Shown piece by piece: positions 36,839-45,567 of a stretch of 48,221 nt of DNA. Below the pieces are notes generated by a model. It was not told the origin of the DNA and did no database searches. It worked only from the letters and a program-made list of their open reading frames with translations. Source of the stretch: an uncultured Dehalococcoidaceae bacterium (GTDB lineage: Bacteria > Chloroflexota > Dehalococcoidia > UBA2979); assembly GCA_964606125.1 (NCBI GenBank), contig CAZSFJ010000002.1, positions 1 through 48,221 of the forward strand, written 5' to 3'. The position numbers and the translations under genes were made by a program. The stretch's first letter is position 1, and the number at the start of each line of letters is the position of its first letter.

Positions 36839-38098
36839 TCACACGTCATTTATCCACTTGCTCAAAATGATCGCGCTGTTATGACCACCCAGCCCAACGG
36901 AGGTGCTCATAGCATGATCGATCTCCGCCCGCCTACTTATATTAGGAACATAATCCAGATCGCAATCCGGATCCAAGTTCATATAATTCAGTGTGGGCGG
37001 CAATTCCTGATCCCTCACCGCCATAATCGTGAGTGCTGCTTCCACTGCTCCGGCAGCGCCCATCATATGGCCTGTCGCGCCCTTGGTGGAAGATACAGCT
37101 AACTTATAAGCTGATTCTTTAAAAACCTCTTTAATCGCCTGAGTCTCAACCCTGTCGTTGAGAGGAGTTCCAGTTCCATGAGCGTTGATATATCCAATAT
37201 CTTCAGGAGTTAAGTCCGCTTGCAAGAGAGCCGCACGCATGGCGTGCGCGATTCCTTCACCACTTGCCGCCACCATATCAAATGCATCAGCTGACGTTGC
37301 AGCGGCTGAAAGTTCAGCATATATATGGGCTCCACGCATTCTAGCGTGCTCCAGCTCCTCCAATATGAGCATTGCCGAGCCTTCACCCAATATGAACCCA
37401 TTTCTATCAAGATCGAAAGGCTTGACCGCCTGTATTGGGTTGTCAGCAGTTGCAAGCGCCTTCATCGCATTGAATCCAGCATAAAACACAGGCTGCAAGG
37501 GTGCCTCGTACCCGCCGGTCAAAATGATATCGGCCTCTCCTCTTTGAATAATAGATGCCGCTTCTCCAGTAGCCGCCCCGCCCGAGGCACAAGCTGCCGT
37601 CACGGCAAAATTAGGCCCTTGCAGACCCAAATCTATTGCAATTTGGCCTGAGGCGGTGTCAGCAAGCATATTTGTGATTAAAAAGGGTGACACTCTACGC
37701 GGTCCTTTTGTCTCCAGTATTTTTTGTGCCTCGACCATTAGATGGCCACCACCGATACCTGTTCCAATGACCACACCAGACCGTTCTGAAATGAAATTCC
37801 CAGGAGCAATATTAGCGTCCGACCAAGCCTGCCGAGCACTTACCATTGCGAGGCTCGTTGAGAAATCCAGTCTTCGCTCAACTTTCGGATCAAGAAACTC
37901 TTGAGCGTCAAAATTCTTAACTTCGGCGGCAATGGGATGCTCGTAATCAGTTGCATCGAAGCGAGAAATGTAATCGAGGCCCGATTTGCCCGACAATACC
38001 GATTGCCAAGTGCTATGGAGATCATTTCCGAGTGGTGATATCAGGCCAATACCTGTCACAACTACTCTACGCCTTGATTCTCCTGATTGAGTGCTAAT
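36839..38098 (-). CDS. Beta-ketoacyl-ACP synthase II family (KS paralog 3); start codon uncertain (proposed ATT 38098; the ORF track gives GTG 38059)
   Basis: Catalytic Cys in TAACASG; His motifs NAHGTGTPLND and GHMMGAAG; C-terminal TSVGLGGHN. The conserved RRRVVVTG is encoded upstream of the first canonical start (see finding). Confidence 0.85.
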   Translation of the reverse strand: MSTQSGESRRRVVVTGIGLISPLGNDLHSTWQSVLSGKSGLDYISRFDATDYEHPIAAEVKNFDAQEFLDPKVERRLDFSTSLAMVSARQAWSDANIAPGNFISERSGVVIGTGIGGGHLMVEAQKILETKGPRRVSPFLITNMLADTASGQIAIDLGLQGPNFAVTAACASGGAATGEAASIIQRGEADIILTGGYEAPLQPVFYAGFNAMKALATADNPIQAVKPFDLDRNGFILGEGSAMLILEELEHARMRGAHIYAELSAAATSADAFDMVAASGEGIAHAMRAALLQADLTPEDIGYINAHGTGTPLNDRVETQAIKEVFKESAYKLAVSSTKGATGHMMGAAGAVEAALTIMAVRDQELPPTLNYMNLDPDCDLDYVPNISRRAEIDHAMSTSVGLGGHNSAIILSKWINDV

Positions 38099-38119
38099 GC
38101 AACTACCCTCCCCAAATAT

Positions 38120-39139
38120 TTAGCTTGCGTCCATTGTGAGCGCTGATATAGGAATTGGCGGATCGCGTGCATCATCCAAGGACACAGCGATGGAGCTCTC
38201 ATTGATTCTGCGAATCATACGAGTCAGCGCATGTCCAGGACCTGCTTCCACAAACATTTCGACTCCTTCGGAAACCATTCGTCGAACATTATCAGCCCAA
38301 AGGACTGGTGATTTCAGTTGGTTCTCAAATTCCGACTGAATTTCAACACCAGTCTTCATCAGATGCGACCCAATATTGCTAACCACAGGCGACTCAGGGT
38401 TCTCAAATTTGATTTTCCTGACAACGGCCGCAAACTCATCAGATTGCTGCTCATGAAGAGGCGTATGACTACTAACCTTCAGTTTCAATCTGATGGCCTT
38501 GGCACGAACCGATTTTGCGATTCCCATCGCCCCTTCAATCGCCGTGCTGTCACCAGAAATAACAGTTTGCAGCTCTTCGTTATGATTCGCTACATCCACT
38601 CGACAGTCCGGGCCTACAGTCGCCTGCTCACATATTTCCTTCACTTTTTCATAATTTAATCCAATAATCGCCGCCATACCTACCGGCCTGGCTTCATTGA
38701 ACCCACCCATCAATCGTGCACGCTCAAGAATTAAGTTTAAGGAGTCTCTAAACGAAAGAGAGCCAGAGGCAACAGCTGCACTAAACATACCCATCGAATG
38801 CCCGCCAAAAAGTTTAGGTGAGAATCCTATGTCAAACTCCACAAATTTCTCTCTTGCTGCTCTATACATTGCAAATGAGGTGGTGAGTACGGCGGGTTGA
38901 GTATTCTCAGTGGATGCAAGATCTTCCTCTGTTGATTCGAAACAAATCTTCGCAATATCAAACCCTAAATAGTCAGAAGCTTCAGCGTAAGTTTCTCGAG
39001 CGGCAGGAGAGTGTTCGAAAACCCTCCTCCCCATGCCACTTGACTGTGCTCCCTGACCCGGGAAAACCATAGCTACACCTCGCTCAATAACAGGAATTAA
39101 GTTTGAGGCAATGGAAAGTTGGGATGTCTTTTCAGTCAT
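38120..39139 (-). CDS. fabD: Malonyl-CoA:ACP transacylase
   Basis: VFPGQGAQ and the GHSMGMFSA active-site Ser motif. The alternative start ATG 39070 (SD GAGG 7 nt upstream) would give the usual MVFPGQG N-terminus. Confidence 0.9.
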   Translation of the reverse strand: MTEKTSQLSIASNLIPVIERGVAMVFPGQGAQSSGMGRRVFEHSPAARETYAEASDYLGFDIAKICFESTEEDLASTENTQPAVLTTSFAMYRAAREKFVEFDIGFSPKLFGGHSMGMFSAAVASGSLSFRDSLNLILERARLMGGFNEARPVGMAAIIGLNYEKVKEICEQATVGPDCRVDVANHNEELQTVISGDSTAIEGAMGIAKSVRAKAIRLKLKVSSHTPLHEQQSDEFAAVVRKIKFENPESPVVSNIGSHLMKTGVEIQSEFENQLKSPVLWADNVRRMVSEGVEMFVEAGPGHALTRMIRRINESSIAVSLDDARDPPIPISALTMDAS

Positions 39140-39223
39140 TAAAACTCACCTTTAATCATGTATCCCGGCCACATCATTCAGTATTAAGAATTGTAATGTA
39201 AGCGCATCTGAGCAGGGCGGAAA

Positions 39224-40828
39224 TTAGATACGTGTCTCCGGAACATCTAGGACTTTTCGAGCATCAGGCAGTGCTCGAATTAGATCAGAAGCTAGAGTCG
39301 CAGCATCACCATAGACCTCACTAACCTGACGTCCAGCCTCACTATGCATGTACACAGCCACACTTCCAGCGTCAAGAGGGGTCAAGCCCTGTGCAAGAAA
39401 TCCCCCTACAAGCCCAGCAAGCACGTCTCCTGTACCTGCGTGGGCTAACGCTGAGCTAGCAGCTTCTGACAACCGAGCGTGGCCGTCAGGGGAAGCGATC
39501 ACTGTACCAGCTCCTTTCAGGACTACGGTGCTTCTTGTATCAAGTGCAAATTGCGAAGCAACCGACAACTTATTTTCTCTGATGAAATCCCTCTCAAGTC
39601 CTGAAATCGTAGCCATCTCACCGATATGAGGAGTAAGAATTAAATGATTTTCGTTCAGTGTGCTCCAATCACCTACTGCGGCCAGAGCGGACAAGCCATC
39701 AGCATCTATAACTAATCCCTTGAATCCGTTCGGGAGGGCTTCGTTCAAGCCCTCAATGAATGATCGAACAAATTCCCGAGTATCGTCATTGAGGCCTAGA
39801 CCGGGACCCAAAAGCACAGCAGATGGCGGGCGATTTGCTAGGTATTCGAGTAACTCATCTGCTGCGTGACTTCCAAGAAAACCAGATGCATCTGTCAGGG
39901 GTAAGTGGGATATGTCAGGGAGAACACCCACCACATTCTGAATACTTGCTGGAGCCGCTAGGACGACAGAGCCGACACCTGTACGAACCGCCGAGTCTAC
40001 CGCTAGACGCGCTGCGCCGGGATAAGTTTTTGAACCGGAAATCACTAGCAACCGCCCAAAGGTTCCCTTGTGCCCATCACTAGGCCTATCTGGCAAAGCC
40101 TTACGCAGCTCGTGCAAGCGTAGGGTCTGGTACGGAATTTCGAATGAATCTATAACCTCTTTAGGAATACCTATGTCTACCTCAACTGTACGGCCAGAAA
40201 ATTTCCGTCCGTCCCCAACAAAATGACCAACTTTGGCATATCCGAACGTGACAGTCAATTCAGAGGCCACAGTGTACGGATCTGCGAGCCCAGTGTCAGC
40301 ATCTAATCCGCTCGGAACATCAACCGCAAAAATACGGACAGGGGGAATAGTCTCGGATGCAATTTTTATTCGGTAGAGAATCTCAGCATAGAGGCCTTCA
40401 ATAGGTCGAGCTTTCGGATCAAACCCTATTCCTAGCAACCCATCTAGTACAACCGCAGTCCGCTCCAGAAGCGTCTCTAACTCCAAAAAATCCTGATCAT
40501 TCTCAGCAAAAGCATGGGGGATATCATTTGCAGCGATCTCGTTCCAAATTGGGTCATTCACCTGACCTACAGTAGCCGCATAAACAAAAACTGAGGCACC
40601 ATATTCATAGAGATGATTGGCAGCGATGAGAGCATCGCGGCCATTATTTCCGGATCCGACTAACACAAGAACTGGACGTCCTTCCATCGTTCCCATCGCC
40701 ATCCAACATTCCTGAGCAACAGCCAGCCCGGCGGCACGTTGCAAGTCATCCTCAGACACTCCATTTGCAATAGCTGCCTGTTCTAATTGTCGCATTTGTG
40801 CTACTGACACAATACTTCCGACGCTCAT
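39224..40828 (-). CDS. nnr: Bifunctional NAD(P)H-hydrate repair enzyme (epimerase/dehydratase, YjeF family)
   Basis: N-terminal YjeF_N motif GSGNNGRDAL, and a C-terminal carbohydrate-kinase-like part with HKGTFGRLLVISGS and AHAGTGDVLAG. Confidence 0.85.
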   Translation of the reverse strand: MSVGSIVSVAQMRQLEQAAIANGVSEDDLQRAAGLAVAQECWMAMGTMEGRPVLVLVGSGNNGRDALIAANHLYEYGASVFVYAATVGQVNDPIWNEIAANDIPHAFAENDQDFLELETLLERTAVVLDGLLGIGFDPKARPIEGLYAEILYRIKIASETIPPVRIFAVDVPSGLDADTGLADPYTVASELTVTFGYAKVGHFVGDGRKFSGRTVEVDIGIPKEVIDSFEIPYQTLRLHELRKALPDRPSDGHKGTFGRLLVISGSKTYPGAARLAVDSAVRTGVGSVVLAAPASIQNVVGVLPDISHLPLTDASGFLGSHAADELLEYLANRPPSAVLLGPGLGLNDDTREFVRSFIEGLNEALPNGFKGLVIDADGLSALAAVGDWSTLNENHLILTPHIGEMATISGLERDFIRENKLSVASQFALDTRSTVVLKGAGTVIASPDGHARLSEAASSALAHAGTGDVLAGLVGGFLAQGLTPLDAGSVAVYMHSEAGRQVSEVYGDAATLASDLIRALPDARKVLDVPETRI

Positions 40829-40862
40829 GCTTTTACTCCCTTCGAGAAGTAGCTAGAATATC

Positions 40863-41381
40863 CTATTCTGACCCTATGCCATTCCGGCCAGGGGGCTCAG
40901 GGGCATCTCCCTCATTTTTTCCCAAGAGCCCGCGTTCACGCAGCCGCAACAGAAGGAATTCACGCGCGTCAGACTGAATTTGTTCAGGTTCTCTCACGTG
41001 GCCCACCGATACTGCCATTGCAAAAGACAGAAGGTGGGTCAAAGAAATGTCTATTGCATCCAATTCGATTACTTGCGCCCGTCGGCGGGCACCACCATAC
41101 AGGTATACAAGTGGCTTCCCTCGGCGATCAGGTAATACTTCTATCTCTTTCCAACCAACAGATCTTGCCCCAGTACCAAGCATCTTCATCACTGCTTCCT
41201 TCGCAGCAAATCTCGCGGCCAGCTCAGGGACCCTGCCTCTGCAAAATGCACGCTCTGCCTCTGTGTATACCCGTTCTAGAAATCGTCTTGGATGCTTACT
41301 CAACACTCGACCCACTCGGTCTGTCTCAATCATGTCTACGCCTACCGCATGCGAGCCATGGCTGTGAAAATTTTCGATCAT
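40863..41381 (-). CDS. acpS: Holo-ACP synthase (4'-phosphopantetheinyl transferase) with a C-terminal extension of about 45 aa
   Basis: VGVDMIETDRV, RFAAKEAVMK and WKEIEVLPDRRGKP AcpS motifs. ATGA overlap with the folD stop. Confidence 0.85.
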   Translation of the reverse strand: MIENFHSHGSHAVGVDMIETDRVGRVLSKHPRRFLERVYTEAERAFCRGRVPELAARFAAKEAVMKMLGTGARSVGWKEIEVLPDRRGKPLVYLYGGARRRAQVIELDAIDISLTHLLSFAMAVSVGHVREPEQIQSDAREFLLLRLRERGLLGKNEGDAPEPPGRNGIGSE

Positions 41382-42265
41382 AAGTGATCCTGCATCTCTG
41401 CCGCATTCAGGGTGTTACTCAGAAGCATAGTAACCGTCATTGGTCCAACACCCCCAGGCACCGGTGTAATAGCCTCAACTATCGGAAGCGCGCGATCAAA
41501 ATCTACGTCACCTACCAATCGCCTACCACTCTTACGAGTCTCGTCAGCAATCCAATTTGTACCAACGTCTATCACCGTCGTGCGCGAATTTAGCATCTCC
41601 GGCCCAATCGAATTCGGGCTTCCCGTGGCAACAATCAAAATATCAGCTGTTGCGATAATTTTTTTGAGATCTTGTGTACCACGATGAGCTACTGTTACAG
41701 TCGCGTTCCCGTCTGCAACTCGTTGTGACAACATTATTGATATAGGGCGTCCTACTAGTAATGATCTTCCCACGACAACCACATGCTTACCCTCAGGGAA
41801 TATATTGAAATGCTTCATGATTTCCACAACAGCTAATGGAGTGGCCGGAAGGTGAACTGGAAATCCTACAACAAGCCGTCCAAGACTTCGACTCGTCAAA
41901 CCATCCACATCTTTCACCGTAGATATCTCATCCAAAATCGATGACTCGTCAAGATTAGCCGGGATAGGTAGTTGCATGATAATTCCATGGACATCAGTAC
42001 GCGCATTTACCTCCGAGACGGTCGCACGAAGTTTTGCCTGAGAAACCGACCCTGGTAATTCTACGAGCTCTGCTTCCATACCCAATTTCGTGGCAGCGCG
42101 AATCTTATTTTGAACGTATGTGCCGGAGGCTGGGTCGTCTCCAACCTTAACCACCGCCAATTTCGGGATCGGTAACTCATCATGCTCTCGCTGAAGGACT
42201 CTTTCCTTGAGTCTACCTTGAATAAGCTCGGCTACTAATTTCCCGTCTAGTACTTTTGCAGTCAT
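41378..42265 (-). CDS. folD: Bifunctional methylenetetrahydrofolate dehydrogenase/cyclohydrolase
   Basis: LAVVKVGDDPASGTYVQNK, VVVGRSLLVGRP and TPVPGGVGPMTV motifs. Confidence 0.92.
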   Translation of the reverse strand: MTAKVLDGKLVAELIQGRLKERVLQREHDELPIPKLAVVKVGDDPASGTYVQNKIRAATKLGMEAELVELPGSVSQAKLRATVSEVNARTDVHGIIMQLPIPANLDESSILDEISTVKDVDGLTSRSLGRLVVGFPVHLPATPLAVVEIMKHFNIFPEGKHVVVVGRSLLVGRPISIMLSQRVADGNATVTVAHRGTQDLKKIIATADILIVATGSPNSIGPEMLNSRTTVIDVGTNWIADETRKSGRRLVGDVDFDRALPIVEAITPVPGGVGPMTVTMLLSNTLNAAEMQDHL

Positions 42266-42413
42266 TATCCAATTTTAGCTTCACTCAGCCTCTAGTACCG
42301 GTCCAGATTACTTCCTATTTTTGTATGCATTAGAAACCCCGGTACACGAGCAACTCATATTTCCTGTCTCAATGAGCTTCAGTCTGACCAAGACTATGAG
42401 TTACACTTGCAGT

Positions 42414-43521
42414 ATGAATGAACTAATTGAAAAATGCTCGAATCTTCTGGCAAGAGTTCGTGATGTTCAGGGGCGTCTTTGACCTCCCAAAACAGAAACT
42501 CCTTCTCGGTGACTTACAGAAAAAGACTGAAAATCCAGAGTTCTGGTCAGACCAGAACACGGCACGTGAGGTTATGAAAGAATCTGCACGACTTGAAAAT
42601 ATAATCGACACTTGGGAAAGGCTTGAATCAGCGATCGCTGAGGCAACTGAACTGGCCGAATTATTCCAGCATGACTCCACACAGGATCTAGAGAACGAAA
42701 TACGCACGAGTCTCAATTCTTACGAGTCTGAGTTCCGAGAGCTTGAGGTCCAATTAAAACTGAGCGGCGAATACGATAACCGACCCGCGCTCATATCAGT
42801 ACATGCCGGCAGTGGAGGCACTGATGCACAGGACTGGGCTGAACTCTTGTTAAGAATGTACCTACGCTGGGCGAATTCTGAAAACATGAACACAGAGATA
42901 CTCTCTATAACTAATGGTGATGAAGCAGGTATAAAATCTGCAGACTTTAAAGTTTCGGGTGATTTCGCATACGGACTTCTGCGGTCGGAACGAGGAGTAC
43001 ATAGACTCGTACGCATATCGCCTTTCGATTCGGCCAAAGCACGGCATACGTCATTTGCGCTAATCGAAATCGTACCGGAAGCTCAGCATGGCGAATTGGC
43101 AGTCGAGATAAAGTCTGACGACCTGCGAATTGACACGTTTAAAGCATCAGGTAATGGTGGCCAAAATGTTCAAAAAAACGACACAGCGGTCCGAGTTGTA
43201 CATGAACCCACTGGCATCGTCGTAACATGCCAAAACGAGCGTTCACAGGGCCGAAATCGTGAGCAGGCGATGCTCGTCCTCGAGTCAAAATTACTCGAGC
43301 TCGAAATCAAGAGGCGCGAAGAGGAAGAATCCAAGCTTAGGGGGGAACACATTGAGGCAGGGTGGGGAAATCAAATACGTTCCTATGTGCTTCATCCCTA
43401 TCGCATGGTGAAGGATCTGCGCACCGAATTTGAGACATCGGATGTGGACGGAGTGCTCGATGGCAATATTACTCCGTTAATTCATTCGTTCCTCGACTCT
43501 CAGGTAGGAGCTGATACTTGA
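42414..43521 (+). CDS. prfB: Peptide chain release factor 2, expressed via a programmed +1 frameshift (42414..42479 joined to 42481..43521)
   Basis: Downstream frame carries SPF (RISPFDS) and GGQ (ASGNGGQNV). The upstream 0-frame ATG 42414 encodes MNELIEKCSNLLARVRDVQGRL and ends at in-frame TGA 42480-42482. In-frame ATGs at 42396 and 42372 are alternative starts. Confidence 0.9.
42469..42483 (+). other. RF2 +1 frameshift cassette: SD-like AGGGG, 3-nt spacer, CTT TGA C
   Basis: AGGGG (42469-42473), CGT, CTT (42477-42479), TGA (42480-42482), C (42483). This is the same architecture as the E. coli and B. subtilis prfB recoding sites. Confidence 0.88.
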
Positions 43522-44945
43522 ACACAGAATCACCAAGGAACAAATTCTCTTTGGACCCAATTTCTGCCATCAGAATTGGGCTAATAACTCTTTTGACCCT
43601 CGCAATCGGGTTCCATACATCCGAGGCTTCGGCGCAAACTGCGACCAAAGTCCTCACTATGGAAGCTCGAGGTGTTGACCCAACTGTCATAGAGTTTTCA
43701 ATTAGCCTTGACTCAAACGAGCCGCTCAAATCTCTGACGCTGACCTACACTGTCCTGTCCCCAGAAACGAGTGTTGGTGGCACCCAAAAACTCAATATAC
43801 AATCGATCGGTGGAACTCAGGAGCACAAGATACTCGTAGAAACGAACAAAATATCAACCTCGCGGTACATTCCTGTCGGAAGTACGATCGCGTACAAATG
43901 GGATATCGAAAACCAGGATGGGAAAATTGAAACTTCACAAGTCAAGGAGTTCACCTATTTAGATGGAAGATTCAAGTGGAAATCAAAAGCCATCGAGAAC
44001 GTCATTGTGTATTACTACGGTGATGATGAAAGAGGGAACGCCGGAATAGGTGCAGCTGTTCAAGCATTGGAGAACATTTCGACGCTGCTCGAAACAACAG
44101 TTACTTACCCCGTAAAGGTCATCATTTGGGACACTGAACAAAATGGCGAAGCTGCTCAACGATCTAGAGGTGCCAGTTTCGATGCGGCAGTGATGACCCT
44201 GGGAACCCGAGTTGCTGTCGATCTTGTACACGTATATGAGACTCGTGGAGCCTACGCTGATACTATCCGCCATGAAGTTGCCCACGTAGTCACACATGTG
44301 GCAGGGGATGGAACTATTGCACGACTACCTTCTTGGATTGACGAAGGGACAGCAGTATATGCGCAGAAATCTACAACTGGCCGTCAGATAGCGCTGAACG
44401 CCGCCATTCGTAACGACGACCTCTTCCGTCCTAAAACTGAGGGAATCAGTTCACCTAGTAAGCCAGAAGAGGTTGATAGTTTCTACGGCCAGTCACATAG
44501 CATGGTTGTATTCCTGATCGAGGAGTGGGGCACACAAGCATTTGCACAACTGTTTCGAGAAATAAAAGGCGGCTTACGGCAGGACGACGCATTTCAGATC
44601 ACCTACGGGATATCCATTGATGAATTCTATAATTTATATAGAGAAAAAATGGGACTGGTTGCAATTGAATTTGCAGCTCCCTCAGAAATAGCACTCCCTG
44701 TCGCCACAGCCACACAACCCCCCTATACGATTCCCACAGGCGGCAAGATAATTACTTCGTCCACCACTGATCAACCTACATCAAGTACATCAGAGATATC
44801 CAAACGTCACGGAGATGACTCTGACACCGAGGCCACTTCGTCTCCGAGTAATATGCCTTTAGCTGCATTAGTGGGTGGTATATCTCTCCTCTTTGCGCTC
44901 ATTCTTTCCATCGGTGCTTTTACACTTGTGAGACGAAAAGAGTAA
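43518..44945 (+). CDS. Membrane-anchored zinc metallopeptidase-like protein (Peptidase_MA-like HExxH)
   Basis: N-terminal signal/TM segment (IRIGLITLLTLAIGF...ASAQ), HEVAH zinc motif with downstream WIDEGTAVY, a Ser/Thr-rich linker, and a C-terminal TM anchor. The TTG start overlaps the prfB stop (TTGA). Confidence 0.6.
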   Translation: MNTESPRNKFSLDPISAIRIGLITLLTLAIGFHTSEASAQTATKVLTMEARGVDPTVIEFSISLDSNEPLKSLTLTYTVLSPETSVGGTQKLNIQSIGGTQEHKILVETNKISTSRYIPVGSTIAYKWDIENQDGKIETSQVKEFTYLDGRFKWKSKAIENVIVYYYGDDERGNAGIGAAVQALENISTLLETTVTYPVKVIIWDTEQNGEAAQRSRGASFDAAVMTLGTRVAVDLVHVYETRGAYADTIRHEVAHVVTHVAGDGTIARLPSWIDEGTAVYAQKSTTGRQIALNAAIRNDDLFRPKTEGISSPSKPEEVDSFYGQSHSMVVFLIEEWGTQAFAQLFREIKGGLRQDDAFQITYGISIDEFYNLYREKMGLVAIEFAAPSEIALPVATATQPPYTIPTGGKIITSSTTDQPTSSTSEISKRHGDDSDTEATSSPSNMPLAALVGGISLLFALILSIGAFTLVRRKE

Positions 44946-44948
44946 TAC

Positions 44949-45557
44949 GTGCAGAAAACTCCGGGCACTCGAGACCATAGAACTAAACTCAGAGATCTAT
45001 TCGTACGCATAACCGACCCGATCATCCGATTGCTTATTCTTATCGGGATTAAACCGTGGATGGTAACCATAATAGGAATGTTTATGGTTGTTCCTGCAGC
45101 CTTTCTGATTGCTACCGAACGGCTGATCGCTGGTGGTGTGTTATTTCTTTTTGCTTCCGGACTTGATCTTTTCGACGGCACGATTGCTAGGAAAACTAAC
45201 TCCGCCAGTAAGAGAGGAGCACTTCTCGACTCGACTGCCGACCGGATATCTGAATCCATACTATTGGGGGGTATTTTTCTATACGGTCTATCTGTAGAAA
45301 ATGACCAGATACTTATTTTCTCGTTTGTCGCTGTAATCGGCTCAATTCTTGTCTCGTACATTCGAGCGAGAGCAGAGGGACTCGGAATAAAAATGGATGA
45401 GGGCTGGTTCACTCGTCCAGAGCGTGTTGTTCTAATGGGACTAAGCTGTATTTTTAATCTAGTTCTTATAGGGGTAATTTTACTCTCGATACTAACAATC
45501 GCTACCGCATTACAAAGATGGAAATTAGCAGATTCCAAATTAGAGATCGGTGAGTGA
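44949..45557 (+). CDS. CDP-alcohol phosphatidyltransferase, phosphatidylinositol-phosphate synthase (PgsA1)-like
   Basis: Complete motif DGTIARKTNSASKRGALLDSTAD (D-G-x2-A-R-x8-G-x3-D-x3-D). SYIRARAEGLGIKMDEGWFTRPER resembles mycobacterial PgsA1 as I recall it. Confidence 0.75.
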   Translation: MQKTPGTRDHRTKLRDLFVRITDPIIRLLILIGIKPWMVTIIGMFMVVPAAFLIATERLIAGGVLFLFASGLDLFDGTIARKTNSASKRGALLDSTADRISESILLGGIFLYGLSVENDQILIFSFVAVIGSILVSYIRARAEGLGIKMDEGWFTRPERVVLMGLSCIFNLVLIGVILLSILTIATALQRWKLADSKLEIGE

Positions 45558-45567
45558 GGGATACTTA

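Noticed and set aside
35542-38098. The tandem KS genes as a type II PKS KS-alpha/CLF pair, which would indicate an aromatic or highly reducing polyketide BGC.
   Set aside because: Both proteins keep the active-site Cys (ACASG) and both His motifs, whereas a CLF lacks the Cys. There are no cyclase, aromatase, ketoreductase, ACP or tailoring genes nearby. The neighbours are housekeeping genes (recJ, nnr, acpS, folD).
38060-38122. A FabD-KS fusion protein produced by readthrough of the single in-frame TAA between fabD and the KS.
   Set aside because: Same-frame placement has a one-in-three chance, and a 20-codon stop-free spacer is not improbable. TAA is the least leaky stop in bacteria. A strong SD plus ATT at ideal spacing offers a simpler explanation. 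It is mentioned only as an alternative in the finding.
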